NCBI GenBank assembly: GCA_903896545.1
Contig: CAITYF010000151.1
Span: 42,272-106,271, forward strand
Direction of reading: 5' to 3'
DNA length: 64,000 bases
DNA from: an uncultured Myxococcales bacterium
GTDB taxonomy: Bacteria; Myxococcota_A; UBA9042
Shown here: positions 29,322 to 39,653 of the stretch, piece after piece
Numbering within the stretch: the stretch's first letter is position 1
Layout: each line of letters opens with the position of its first letter
The notes under the pieces: generated by a model
The model's input: only the letters and a program-made list of their open reading frames with translations
Database searches by the model: none
What the model was told of the DNA's origin: nothing
Translations under genes and position numbers: made by a program

Positions 29322-29642
29322 TCAGGCAGCGAACGACGATCCACAGCCGCAACTGGAAGTCGCGTTGGGGTTCTTGAACGTGAAGCCCTTGCCGTTCAGG
29401 CCGCCTTCAAAATCGAGCGTCGTGCCGTCCAGGAAGACGAGGCTTTTGCGGTCCACGTAGATCTTCGGCGTGTCGCCAAAGACGCGATCGCCTAGACGCG
29501 CTTCTTTTTCAAAGTCGAGCACATAGCTCAAGCCCGAGCAGCCGCCGCCCGTGACGCCCACGCGGATGCCGACGAGCTCCACGCTCGCTTCTGAGGCAAC
29601 GATCTTCAACCGTTCAATGGCGCTTTCCGTGACAACGATCAT
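29322..29642 (-). CDS. iscA: Iron-sulfur cluster insertion protein IscA (HesB family)
   Basis: C-terminal CGCGSSF motif and a conserved Cys in GGGCSG. Confidence 0.8.
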   Translation of the reverse strand: MIVVTESAIERLKIVASEASVELVGIRVGVTGGGCSGLSYVLDFEKEARLGDRVFGDTPKIYVDRKSLVFLDGTTLDFEGGLNGKGFTFKNPNATSSCGCGSSFAA

Positions 29643-29658
29643 CGCAACCCCCTCTCGC

Positions 29659-30048
29659 TTACGCGTTCTTCTCTTGCTTGGCGGCAAAATCGGCCAGCGC
29701 GGCGCGAATCGCGTCCTCAGCCAGCACCGAACAGTGAATCTTGATCGGCGGGAGGTTCAATTCCTGCACGATGTCCGTGTTGCGGATCGCCGCGGCTTCC
29801 GCCAGCGTCTTGCCTTTGACCCATTCCGTCGCAAGTGACGACGAGGCGATCGCCGAACCGCAGCCGAACGTCTTGAAACGCGCGTCTTCGATCACGCCGT
29901 TGGCGCCGACCTTGATCTGCAGCTTCATCACGTCGCCGCATTCCGGCGCGCCGACGACGCCCGTGCCGACCGTCGGGTCGTCCTTGGGCAGCGCGCCCAC
30001 GTTGCGCGGGTTGTTGTAGTGATCGAGAACTTTTTCCGAGTACGCCAT
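29659..30048 (-). CDS. iscU: Fe-S cluster scaffold IscU
   Basis: [36 protein letters not shown]: the three conserved Cys/His ligands of IscU. Confidence 0.9.
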   Translation of the reverse strand: MAYSEKVLDHYNNPRNVGALPKDDPTVGTGVVGAPECGDVMKLQIKVGANGVIEDARFKTFGCGSAIASSSLATEWVKGKTLAEAAAIRNTDIVQELNLPPIKIHCSVLAEDAIRAALADFAAKQEKNA

Positions 30049-30075
30049 TGTGACACGCCCTTTCTTGCGAAAATA

Positions 30076-31299
30076 CTAGTGACCGGTCCAGTTCACAGTG
30101 CGCAGGTCGATGCCTTCCTGCACCATTTCCCACAGCGGCGACATCTCGCGCAGCCGGGAGACCACGTCGACAACGCGCGCGATCGTGTAGTCGATCTCTT
30201 CTTCCGTGTTGAAGCGACCGATGCCAAAGCGGATCGACGTGTGCGCGAGTTCATCGTCGACACCCAGCGCCTTCAACACGTAGCTGGGCTCCAAGGACGA
30301 TGACGTGCAAGCGCTGCCCGACGACACCGCGATGTCGCTGATGCCCATGAGCAGCGATTCGCCTTCCACGTAGGCGAACGACACATTCAAGCTGCCCGGC
30401 GCGCGTTCCGTCGCATGACCGTTCAGGTAGATGTGCTGCAATTTCGCGTTCAGACCCGCCCAGAGACGCTCACGCAGCGCCAACAGACGCCCCGTTTCTT
30501 CCGCCTGATTCGTCGTAATCAGCTCCGCCGCTTCGCCAAAAGCCACGATCAGCGGCACGGCGAGCGTACCTGAACGCAGGCCGCGCTCGTGACCGCCGCC
30601 GTGCATCTGCGCTTCCAGGCGCACGCGCGGATTCTTGCGGCGCACGTAGAGCGCGCCGATGCCCTTGGGCCCGTACAATTTGTGCGCCGTGAACGCGAGG
30701 ATGTCGATCCCCAGCTCTTCCACGTTCAGCGGAATCTTGCCGATCGCTTGCGCCGCGTCGCAGAAGAACAGAATGCCGCGCTTCTTGCAGAGCTTGCCGA
30801 TCTCAGCCAGCGGCTGCACGACGCCGATTTCGTTGTTCACGGCCATGATCGACACCAGAATCGTCTGGTCCGTCATCGCCGCTTCCAGCTGCGCCAGATC
30901 GACCAAGCCGTCCGTCTTCACCGGCAGAAACGTGACGCGAAAGCCTTCCTTCTCCAGCGCGTGGTGGCTGTCCAGCACCGCTTTGTGTTCCGTGCAGACC
31001 GTAATCAGGTGGTCGCCCTTCTCGCGGTACATGTGCGCCGCGCCCTTGATGGCGAGGTTGTCCGACTCGGTCGCGCCCGACGTGATCACAATTTCTTTGT
31101 CCGACGACGCGCCGATCGCCTTGGCCAGCTGCTTGCGCGCGTGATCCACGGCTTCTTCCGCCTGACGACCAAACGCGTGCGTCTTGGACGCGGCGTTGCC
31201 GTAGATCTCAGAGAAGTACGGGACCATCTTGTCCACGACGCGCGGATCAACCCGAGTCGTCGCGTGATTATCCATGTAGATCGGCAGCTTGACAGTCAT
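30076..31299 (-). CDS. iscS: Cysteine desulfurase IscS
   Basis: PLP class V fold, SGSACTS active-site Cys loop, [11 protein letters not shown] lysine. Confidence 0.9.
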   Translation of the reverse strand: MTVKLPIYMDNHATTRVDPRVVDKMVPYFSEIYGNAASKTHAFGRQAEEAVDHARKQLAKAIGASSDKEIVITSGATESDNLAIKGAAHMYREKGDHLITVCTEHKAVLDSHHALEKEGFRVTFLPVKTDGLVDLAQLEAAMTDQTILVSIMAVNNEIGVVQPLAEIGKLCKKRGILFFCDAAQAIGKIPLNVEELGIDILAFTAHKLYGPKGIGALYVRRKNPRVRLEAQMHGGGHERGLRSGTLAVPLIVAFGEAAELITTNQAEETGRLLALRERLWAGLNAKLQHIYLNGHATERAPGSLNVSFAYVEGESLLMGISDIAVSSGSACTSSSLEPSYVLKALGVDDELAHTSIRFGIGRFNTEEEIDYTIARVVDVVSRLREMSPLWEMVQEGIDLRTVNWTGH

Positions 31300-31308
31300 C
31301 TTTCGTTC

Positions 31309-31710
31309 CTACAGTTGCGCCAGCGTCATCGTTTCGAGCACCGCCATGACGGCTGCGTTCAACGTGTCCAGCGGGCTTTTGATTTCGCAGCCTTCCAGCC
31401 GACTGCACTGCCCCATCAGGTCGCCCTGCTGGCACGGCGCGATGTGCTGTTCGCCGTCCAGAATCCGCACCACTTCCGCGACCGTAATCAGCGAAGGCTC
31501 ACGCGCCAGTCGATAGCCACCCATCTTGCCCATCGACGCGTCCACCATGCCCGCCGTCACCAGCTTGGCCATGACTTTGGGCGTCAGATCCAAAGGCAAA
31601 TGGTAGCGTTCAGCCAGTTCACGCGCCGAGAGCGAATCGCCCACCGGCAGACCACCGAGCGCCTTGAGCGCCACGAGGCCGTAGTCTGCTTTGCGGGAAA
31701 GTCGAATCAT
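31309..31710 (-). CDS. iscR: Rrf2-family Fe-S regulator IscR
   Basis: MIRLSRKADYGLVAL Rrf2 HTH start. Cys cluster C..(5)C.....C in CQQGDLMGQCSRLEGC. It is the first gene of the isc operon. Confidence 0.8.
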   Translation of the reverse strand: MIRLSRKADYGLVALKALGGLPVGDSLSARELAERYHLPLDLTPKVMAKLVTAGMVDASMGKMGGYRLAREPSLITVAEVVRILDGEQHIAPCQQGDLMGQCSRLEGCEIKSPLDTLNAAVMAVLETMTLAQL

Positions 31711-31937
31711 CGGTGCGCGTCCTGAGGCCGAACTCAAGTCCGACCATCCAAGTCGCAGATTAGGTCTCGGCACGGTCCGTGTCAACGCAAAACTTCCGAG
31801 CCGTGCCAGCTGTGTCACGGTTTTATCAGTTCCGGCGCGGTGTTAAGGTCGGCCGATTGACACTCCACCACTGTCATCCCTATACCGCCGCGCTGTCGCG
31901 CCTGACGCGGCCTCAACGTGTGCGCCTGGAGATCCCG

Positions 31938-33029
31938 ATGGCTTTGACCCAAGATGACGTGCTGGAAGCGCTGGTTTCCGTCGTCGAACCCGACCTCGGC
32001 TTGGATATTGTTTCAGCCAAGCTCATCCGTGAGATGGACATCTCCGACTTCGCGCTCGCTGTGACCGTCGCGCTGACGACGCCGGCGACGCCGCACAAGG
32101 AGCGTCTTCGCGCGCTGATTGAAGGCGCGCTGCGCCCGCTGCTGGGCGAGCGAAAGCTCGACCTGACGCTGCAAGCTGACGCGCCGCAAGGTCGGTCGAA
32201 GTTGCCCAATGTGCGTCACGTGCTGGGCGTCGGTGCAGGCAAAGGCGGTGTGGGCAAGTCGACGGTCGCGGTGAACATCGCGCTTTCACTGGCCAAAGCG
32301 GGTGCGAAGGTGGGTCTTCTGGACGCCGACGTGTACGGCCCCAGCGTGCCGATCATGCTCGGCCTGAAGGGCCACAAGCCGGTCGTCAACGCAGATCGCA
32401 AGATCGTGGCCTTCGAAGCCCACGGGATCCGCTGCATTTCCATGGGCTTTTTGGTCGGTGACGACACCGCTGTGGCGTGGCGTGGTCCCATGGTCGGTCG
32501 CGCAGTGCAGCAGTTCGTCGAGGACGTCGATTGGGGTCCGCTGGACTACTTGATCGTCGATCTGCCGCCGGGTACGGGCGACGTCATCCTGAGCCTGTGC
32601 CAAGCGCTGCCGCTGACGGGCGCCGTTGTGGTGTCGACGCCGCAGGACGTTGCTTTCGCCGACGTGCTCCGCGCCGTGAAGATGTTCGGCATGTTGAAGG
32701 TGGACGTCATTGGCCTGGTTGAGAACATGAGCTACTTCCTTTGCCCGGATAACGGCAAGGAATACAAGATCTTTGGACCGAGTCACAGCGAACAGCACTG
32801 CAAGGAACACGGCGTTGAATTCTTGGGGCAGTTGCCGATCGACCTCGCGCTCTCCGCCAACGCGGACGCCGGTCGGCCGATCGTCGCGGCTGAACCGGAC
32901 GGCGCGCTGACCGCCAAGTACAAGCAGATCGCCGGGCGCGTGGCGTCCAAGCTCGCTGTCCTCGCTTTTGCGGCGGAAAAGACTGAGGCAGGCGGGGAAG
33001 GCTTCTTCGGCCCGCGCCCCGGCGTGTGA
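31938..33029 (+). CDS. apbC: Mrp/ApbC/NBP35-family Fe-S cluster carrier ATPase
   Basis: N-terminal DUF59-like domain, deviant Walker A GKGGVGKST, and CPDNG / CxxC ligand region. Divergent from iscR. Confidence 0.85.
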   Translation: MALTQDDVLEALVSVVEPDLGLDIVSAKLIREMDISDFALAVTVALTTPATPHKERLRALIEGALRPLLGERKLDLTLQADAPQGRSKLPNVRHVLGVGAGKGGVGKSTVAVNIALSLAKAGAKVGLLDADVYGPSVPIMLGLKGHKPVVNADRKIVAFEAHGIRCISMGFLVGDDTAVAWRGPMVGRAVQQFVEDVDWGPLDYLIVDLPPGTGDVILSLCQALPLTGAVVVSTPQDVAFADVLRAVKMFGMLKVDVIGLVENMSYFLCPDNGKEYKIFGPSHSEQHCKEHGVEFLGQLPIDLALSANADAGRPIVAAEPDGALTAKYKQIAGRVASKLAVLAFAAEKTEAGGEGFFGPRPGV

Positions 33030-33242
33030 CACGGGCATGACAGATGTGCGCGATTCCTGGCGACGCCTCTGCGTGATTTTGAATACTTGCACGAATTCAC
33101 CGCGCGCTTTTGGCTTGACCGACGCGGCAAATCGGCGTTAGCTGATCACACGGTCGCGTCGCGCGCACCCCGAGCGGACAGGCGCGCAGTCGACCGCAAC
33201 GCGTGAACCAAACACATACCCCATGTGATGGAGGAGTCACCG

Positions 33243-33482
33243 ATGCACCAGATGCACGTGTCCGAAGACGCTTTGAAGCTGAAGCTGCGCAAGCAGGACC
33301 CGATCTACGCCGAGCTGGAACTCGCCCACCGCAAGCTGGACGACGAGTTGATGCGCTACGAGTTGCACCTCTACCTCAGCCCGGAAGAAGAGCAAACGCG
33401 GCGTGAGCTGCAAAAGAAAAAGTTGGCGCTGAAGGATCAGCTGGCGGAACTGCTGCGCAAGGAAGCGGCACTGCTCAACTGA
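33243..33482 (+). CDS. YdcH/DUF465-family small protein
   Basis: ELELAHRKLDDELMRYE...ELQKKKLALKDQLAELL matches the DUF465 coiled-coil pattern. GGAGGAG ribosome-binding site before ATG 33243. Confidence 0.55.
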   Translation: MHQMHVSEDALKLKLRKQDPIYAELELAHRKLDDELMRYELHLYLSPEEEQTRRELQKKKLALKDQLAELLRKEAALLN

Positions 33483-34349
33483 TCAGGCACGCTCAAGCGC
33501 TTTCGCTTCCTGCCACAGCCGTTCCAGTTCGTCCAAACTGGCACGGTAAGACTTGCCGTGGCGCTTTTCGACGCCCTGTTCAACGTGGCTGAAGCGCCGT
33601 GTGAACTTGTCCAGCGTCCCGCGCGCCGCTTGCTCTGCGTCCACGCCAGCGTGACGCGCGAGGCTCGTCAGCGCAAAAAGCAGGTCGCCCAGTTCTTCCG
33701 CGATGTGCGCCTTGTCGTCCGCCTTGAGCGCTTCGCGCAGCTCGGCGAGCTCCTCATCGACCTTCGCCAGCACGCTCGTGACGTTTGGCCAGTCAAAGCC
33801 GATGCGCGCCGCCTTTTCACCCATCCGCTGACCGCGCAGAAGCGCCGGCATGTTGCGCGGCACGCCGTCCAGCGCGCCTTTGCCGTCCTTGCGCTTGCGT
33901 TGTTCCCAGGCGTTCAGCACTTGCGCCGACGTCTCATGGTGCTCGTTTTCCGCCGTCACGAAGACGTGCGGGTGGCGGCGGACCATCTTATCGGCGATGC
34001 CACGGGCGACGTCATCCGCGGTGAACCAGCCCATTTCTTCGGCGATGCGCGATTGAAACGCGATCTGCAGGAGCACATCGCCCAGTTCCTCGCGAAAGTG
34101 TTCGAGCGCCGCCGGATCGGCTTCGAATGGCGCATCGGCCGGTAGCGCGTTCGCCGCGGGACCCAGCGCGTCGATCGCGTCCAGCAGTTCGTAGGACTCT
34201 TCCACCAGGTAGGCGCGCAAGCTCGCCAGCGTCTGCTCGCGGTCCCACGGGCAGCCGCCAGCGCTGGCGCGAAGCGAGGCCATCACGTCCGTCAGGCGGG
34301 CAAAGCCGTCCTGCGGCAGGTGTGCGGGATCAAAGCGTGTGTCGGACAT
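33483..34349 (-). CDS. mazG: Nucleoside triphosphate pyrophosphohydrolase MazG
   Basis: Tandem MazG domains with EExxE/ELGD motifs (LVEESYELLDAI, EELGDVLLQIAF, EELAELREAL, EELGDLLFAL). Confidence 0.8.
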   Translation of the reverse strand: MSDTRFDPAHLPQDGFARLTDVMASLRASAGGCPWDREQTLASLRAYLVEESYELLDAIDALGPAANALPADAPFEADPAALEHFREELGDVLLQIAFQSRIAEEMGWFTADDVARGIADKMVRRHPHVFVTAENEHHETSAQVLNAWEQRKRKDGKGALDGVPRNMPALLRGQRMGEKAARIGFDWPNVTSVLAKVDEELAELREALKADDKAHIAEELGDLLFALTSLARHAGVDAEQAARGTLDKFTRRFSHVEQGVEKRHGKSYRASLDELERLWQEAKALERA

Positions 34350-34358
34350 CAGCGGCGA

Positions 34359-35756
34359 TTACGGCTTGACCGCGGGCGCGGCCGGAATCGCCTGAACGGC
34401 ACCCGGCAGCATCGGCATCGCGCGACCATTGGGCGCAACGCCGAGACGCGTCGGCGCCGTGCCATTGCCCAGAACGAGCTTGCCCGCGCCCTTCAGCTGG
34501 TGGAAGTCGCCGCCGACGGGCGCCCATGCCGCCATGTGCTGGAAGTCGTGCGTGCCCTTGTCGTCGATGCGGTACAGGTTCGCCGCGAACTTCGCACCGG
34601 CTTCCGGCGCCTTCTCAAAGCCCAAGGACTTCCACGGAATCGCCGCTTCCACGACCCAGCCCTTATCCGCGCCGTCCACGTTCACGTCGCCATCGACCAC
34701 GACCTTGGACGTGAAGTTGGACTGGAACTTCGCCGCTTCTTCCCACGCCGGCGCACGGTGTCCCGTGAAGTGCGCGTCAAACGTCGACCCAGCCGGCGTC
34801 CACTGCAGCTCGTAGTAGTCTTCCTTGCCCTCGACTTGCAGGAACAACTCGACAACGTCGCCTTCCCACGTCGTGTCGTCGTTCTTCACGTGCGTGTTGC
34901 GCGCATCGTCGTCCTTCACGTTCGCGGCGAGATACAGGTTCTCGTTGTCCCACGCCAGCTTGACGTCCGCCGCCAGCGCCTCGGAAAACGCGCCGCCGTT
35001 GGGCTGCTTAAACGCGCCCACGGAACGCACCGCCGACCACACCGCTTCATCCAGCTTGCCGTCGATCGTGACCTTGTCGGTCGCCTGACCCACCGTGTAC
35101 TCCGGGCCTTTCTGCTGCGGCGGCTGAGCATTGCCCGCACCACCCGCCGGCGCGCCCGCACCGCCGATGTCGATGGTCGCCAACAGCAGGCGATCTTCCG
35201 CCTGCGCCGCGCCCGCCGGAGCGTTGCTGATCTTCAAGCGGCGATTCTGCTGCGCCTTGTTCCACGCGCCCCAATCGAACACGCCGATCAGCAACTGCGT
35301 GTTGCTCTTCGGCCAATCGCCGGGGATCTCCATCGTCACGGTATCCTTGATGATCTCGCCCTTCTTCCACTGGCTGAGCGGGTACAGACCGCCGACGCCG
35401 TAGTGGTCAAACGGCTGGCGCTTCAGGCCAGGCGCTTCCATGTGCACAAAGATCTTCCAGTCGCCCGGCAGCGGCTGATCGACGCGCCAGAACAGCGACA
35501 GCGTCAGGTTTCCACCCGCCGCAGCCTTGTCCTTGGGTTCCAGCTTGTAGCCGAGCAGCGTGAGCTTGTCCTCAAACTTCACTTCCAGCTTCGTATCGAG
35601 ATCCGCCGGCGGGGCCGTCAGAACGGACGCGGCGATCTGCTGCTCTTGGTCCTTGGTCAGGACAATCGCCTGTGCGGACGGGCGTTTGCAGCCGGTCACC
35701 GAAAAGGCAACAGCGAGGGTGGCAATCGAAAGGACGAGGGTGCGAAGGGTGCGCAT
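34359..35756 (-). CDS. Lipoprotein with a C-terminal carbohydrate-binding-module family 9-like domain
   Basis: Signal peptide plus lipobox (SVTGC). The C-terminal ...TIDGKLDEAVWSAV...LAWDNENLYLAANVKDDD...WEGDVVELFLQ...YYELQ fits the CBM9-like fold. Confidence 0.55.
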   Translation of the reverse strand: MRTLRTLVLSIATLAVAFSVTGCKRPSAQAIVLTKDQEQQIAASVLTAPPADLDTKLEVKFEDKLTLLGYKLEPKDKAAAGGNLTLSLFWRVDQPLPGDWKIFVHMEAPGLKRQPFDHYGVGGLYPLSQWKKGEIIKDTVTMEIPGDWPKSNTQLLIGVFDWGAWNKAQQNRRLKISNAPAGAAQAEDRLLLATIDIGGAGAPAGGAGNAQPPQQKGPEYTVGQATDKVTIDGKLDEAVWSAVRSVGAFKQPNGGAFSEALAADVKLAWDNENLYLAANVKDDDARNTHVKNDDTTWEGDVVELFLQVEGKEDYYELQWTPAGSTFDAHFTGHRAPAWEEAAKFQSNFTSKVVVDGDVNVDGADKGWVVEAAIPWKSLGFEKAPEAGAKFAANLYRIDDKGTHDFQHMAAWAPVGGDFHQLKGAGKLVLGNGTAPTRLGVAPNGRAMPMLPGAVQAIPAAPAVKP

Positions 35757-35847
35757 GCCAGAAACTCCGTGTGTGCAATGGCGCTTGATGGCCAAACGTG
35801 GCCGAGAGGATAGCGGAACTCGGGCGGCGGTTCAATCGCCGCCGGGC

Positions 35848-35882
35848 ATGACACGAATGTCATGGGCGTGACAAAAATGTCA
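35848..35882. promoter_or_regulatory. Two adjacent TGACA-N4-TGTCA palindromes (candidate dimeric-regulator operator) upstream of the CBM9-like lipoprotein gene
   Basis: Seen directly: ATGACAcgaaTGTCAT (35848-35863) and TGACAaaaaTGTCA (35869-35882), about 95-125 bp upstream of start 35756. Confidence 0.35.
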
Positions 35883-35988
35883 GCGGCCTTCCCCGCAGCT
35901 ATCGGTGCTACTGCGAGAAAGGCCGGACATGTGGAAGCGACGGCGGCGACGACGGTGGATCAGGCCGCCGGACCGTCACAGGTAGAAC

Positions 35989-37458
<1,470 letters not shown>

Positions 37459-37770
37459 GGTCGACTCCTGCAAGGTGGCGATGTGTGTCGCCGTGGGTGG
37501 CCGTGTTTACGGCACGTGAAATGAACAGTGCAAACCCCTTGCCAAATCGATCAACAATCACAATTTACGCGCGATCTTCAATAGTTGAAATTTCACGCCG
37601 CAGAATCCTCGCGAATCCCTCGGCGCGGAAGTGACGCCAATGTCATGCCCAAACGCCGACTTTTCGCCGTGCTTCGTGCCAGAATGGCCATACGCTTGTG
37701 TGATCCAGATGTTAAGGACTGCAAATCGGCCTGACATTGCGATCACCCCGCCCGCGACGTGGGATCTCTG

Positions 37771-37799
37771 TTGACAACCTCGCGAAGAACCTTATTCTT
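37771..37799 (+). promoter_or_regulatory. Sigma-70-like promoter (TTGACA - 17 bp - TATTCT) for the downstream lipoprotein gene
   Basis: Canonical -35 hexamer at 37771-37776 and a -10-like hexamer at 37794-37799, with a 17-bp spacer. ATG at 37876. Confidence 0.4.
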
Positions 37800-37875
37800 T
37801 TGCGCGAACGGACAAGACACGATGCAGATTCGTGTGCACACTTGGCCGCACCTATTACCTGGAGGCAGTACGACA

Positions 37876-38706
37876 ATGTTGAATTTCAAGAAGATCCTGA
37901 CGATCCTGGGCATCGCTTCGATGACCGCTCTCGCCGCTTGCGGCACGACGACGTCTGCGGACGGCGACGCCACCGACGGCACGGGCTCGGACGCCACGGT
38001 TGGCGCCGACACGACCGGTGACACGGCGACGGGCGATGCGACGACGGGCGACACGACGACCGGCGACACGGTTGCGACGGCTACGTTCAAGTCGATCGTG
38101 ATTTGGGACAAGTCGCAAGAGAAAGTCGACAAGTGCGGCACCGGCCCGGGCACGGATCTCGACGCGGTGGGCCTCTACCGCGCGGGCAAGCTGATCGCGG
38201 TCGGCGCGACCGGCACGGCGGCATACACCGCCCCGGTGACGCCGCTGAAGGACAAGGCTGGAACTTCCTGCGTTGCCGGTGACGGCAAGAACTCGGCCGC
38301 CTCCGCGGAAGGCCCGTTGGATGCACACGTGTACGCGTCCAAGTCGGATACCGGCTACATCAGCCTGAACAACGGTTCGTTGGAAATTCAATTCGCCGCG
38401 TGCAAGACCGGCACGAAGATCACCGACTGCGACGGCGCGGGCGCGCTGGTGGAGATTCAGTCGGGCGACGAGATCGATGTGTGGGAAGTCGACGCGGCGT
38501 ACAAGTCTGGCAGCAGCACGCCCGCCGATGGCAACGCGTACGGTAACTTCACCGACGCGCCGGGCACGGCCAATAGCTGCGCCTGCTACGCGGACGAGTA
38601 CCAGTTGGACCTGCGTCCGACGATGGGCAGCGAGGCCGGTTCGGTCTACGTTCCCGCGTCCGCGACCGACTACAACAAGGGTTCGAAGACCATCAAGGTC
38701 CCGTAA
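37876..38706 (+). CDS. Lipoprotein with a Thr/Gly/Asp low-complexity linker; function unknown
   Basis: Lipobox LAACG, (TTGDT)n linker encoded by 15-bp tandem DNA repeats near 38010-38070, several Cys pairs. Confidence 0.6.
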   Translation: MLNFKKILTILGIASMTALAACGTTTSADGDATDGTGSDATVGADTTGDTATGDATTGDTTTGDTVATATFKSIVIWDKSQEKVDKCGTGPGTDLDAVGLYRAGKLIAVGATGTAAYTAPVTPLKDKAGTSCVAGDGKNSAASAEGPLDAHVYASKSDTGYISLNNGSLEIQFAACKTGTKITDCDGAGALVEIQSGDEIDVWEVDAAYKSGSSTPADGNAYGNFTDAPGTANSCACYADEYQLDLRPTMGSEAGSVYVPASATDYNKGSKTIKVP

Positions 38707-38734
38707 CCAGTACCTCAGCGTCTAACGCAGCGGA

Positions 38735-38771
38735 GGGCATCGTTGGCAACAACGGTGCCCTTCGTGTTTTT
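38735..38771 (+). terminator. Rho-independent terminator after the lipoprotein gene
   Basis: GGGCATCGTTG-gcaa-CAACGGTGCCC: an 11-bp stem with one G-U pair, followed by TTCGTGTTTTTG. Confidence 0.5.
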
Positions 38772-38819
38772 GCCCACCCGGGCGCGCAACGGCTGGACAT
38801 GCGCCAGAACCGCGTTAGC

Positions 38820-39632
38820 ATGCAGACACGGTCGCGCGCGCGGTCGGAGGTGTTGGTGCGGCGGATTTTCTGGCACAACCTGATTCTGGCGCTGGTGCTG
38901 ATGGCGCTGCCCGTGACGGGTTTCGCGGCGCACCGCAAGGCCAAGGGCAAGGCCGCCGCGCAAAAGCCCGTGCTGGATCCCAAGGCCGATGCCAAGTCGG
39001 ACGCCAAGACTGACGCCAAGACTGAAGCGCAAGGTCCGGTCGATGCCGATGCCGAATACGGTCCGTCGGTGGAAGCGCAAGATGGCCCGGCGTACGAGCC
39101 GATTGGCACGCCAGTTGGGGAAGACGCGCTGCGTTTGGGGCCGTTTGTCGCGCCGCCCAAGCCATTTCCGTTCCCGCTGCTGGGCGATGAACGGCAGAAG
39201 GAAGTGTTCGTCGATCGCGATGGCAAGCTCTACAAGGACCGCCCGTACAGCGGTCAAGTGCCCGATTGGAATACCGAAGTGCCGTCGAACCTGACGGGGC
39301 GATGCAAGGTTGAGCCGCAGATGCTGACTTGGGTCGGCTTTCAGAACACCGCGGACGCCTCGCGCGTTTACGTGCAACTGGAACACGAGGCCTGCGGGTA
39401 CGTGTACCGCCCGGACGACAGTCACATCGTGATCGACCTGCCGCAGGTGGCGATCGCGAATTCCAATTTGCGCCGCGAGATTCTGACCGGCGCGTTCCCG
39501 ACGCAAATCGACTTCATCCGCGCGGAAGACGTCGTCGGTCGCGGTACGCGCATCGTGATTTCCTTGAAGGACAAGCGCAGCTACCTGTCCGCACACCTCG
39601 GCAGGTACGTTTTTGTCGACATCCCGCGCTAA
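38820..39632 (+). CDS. Secreted protein with an AMIN-like domain
   Basis: Signal peptide LILALVLMALPVTGFA. RVYVQLEHEACGYVYRPDDSHIVIDLPQVAIAN...GTRIVISLKD resembles the AMIN beta-sandwich. Lys/Ala/Asp-rich linker. Confidence 0.5.
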   Translation: MQTRSRARSEVLVRRIFWHNLILALVLMALPVTGFAAHRKAKGKAAAQKPVLDPKADAKSDAKTDAKTEAQGPVDADAEYGPSVEAQDGPAYEPIGTPVGEDALRLGPFVAPPKPFPFPLLGDERQKEVFVDRDGKLYKDRPYSGQVPDWNTEVPSNLTGRCKVEPQMLTWVGFQNTADASRVYVQLEHEACGYVYRPDDSHIVIDLPQVAIANSNLRREILTGAFPTQIDFIRAEDVVGRGTRIVISLKDKRSYLSAHLGRYVFVDIPR

Positions 39633-39653
39633 TTCGCCGGGCTACTGAGAACC

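Noticed and set aside
34320-35813. 497-aa plus-strand ORF
   Set aside because: Antisense to the CBM9-like lipoprotein gene. No motifs.
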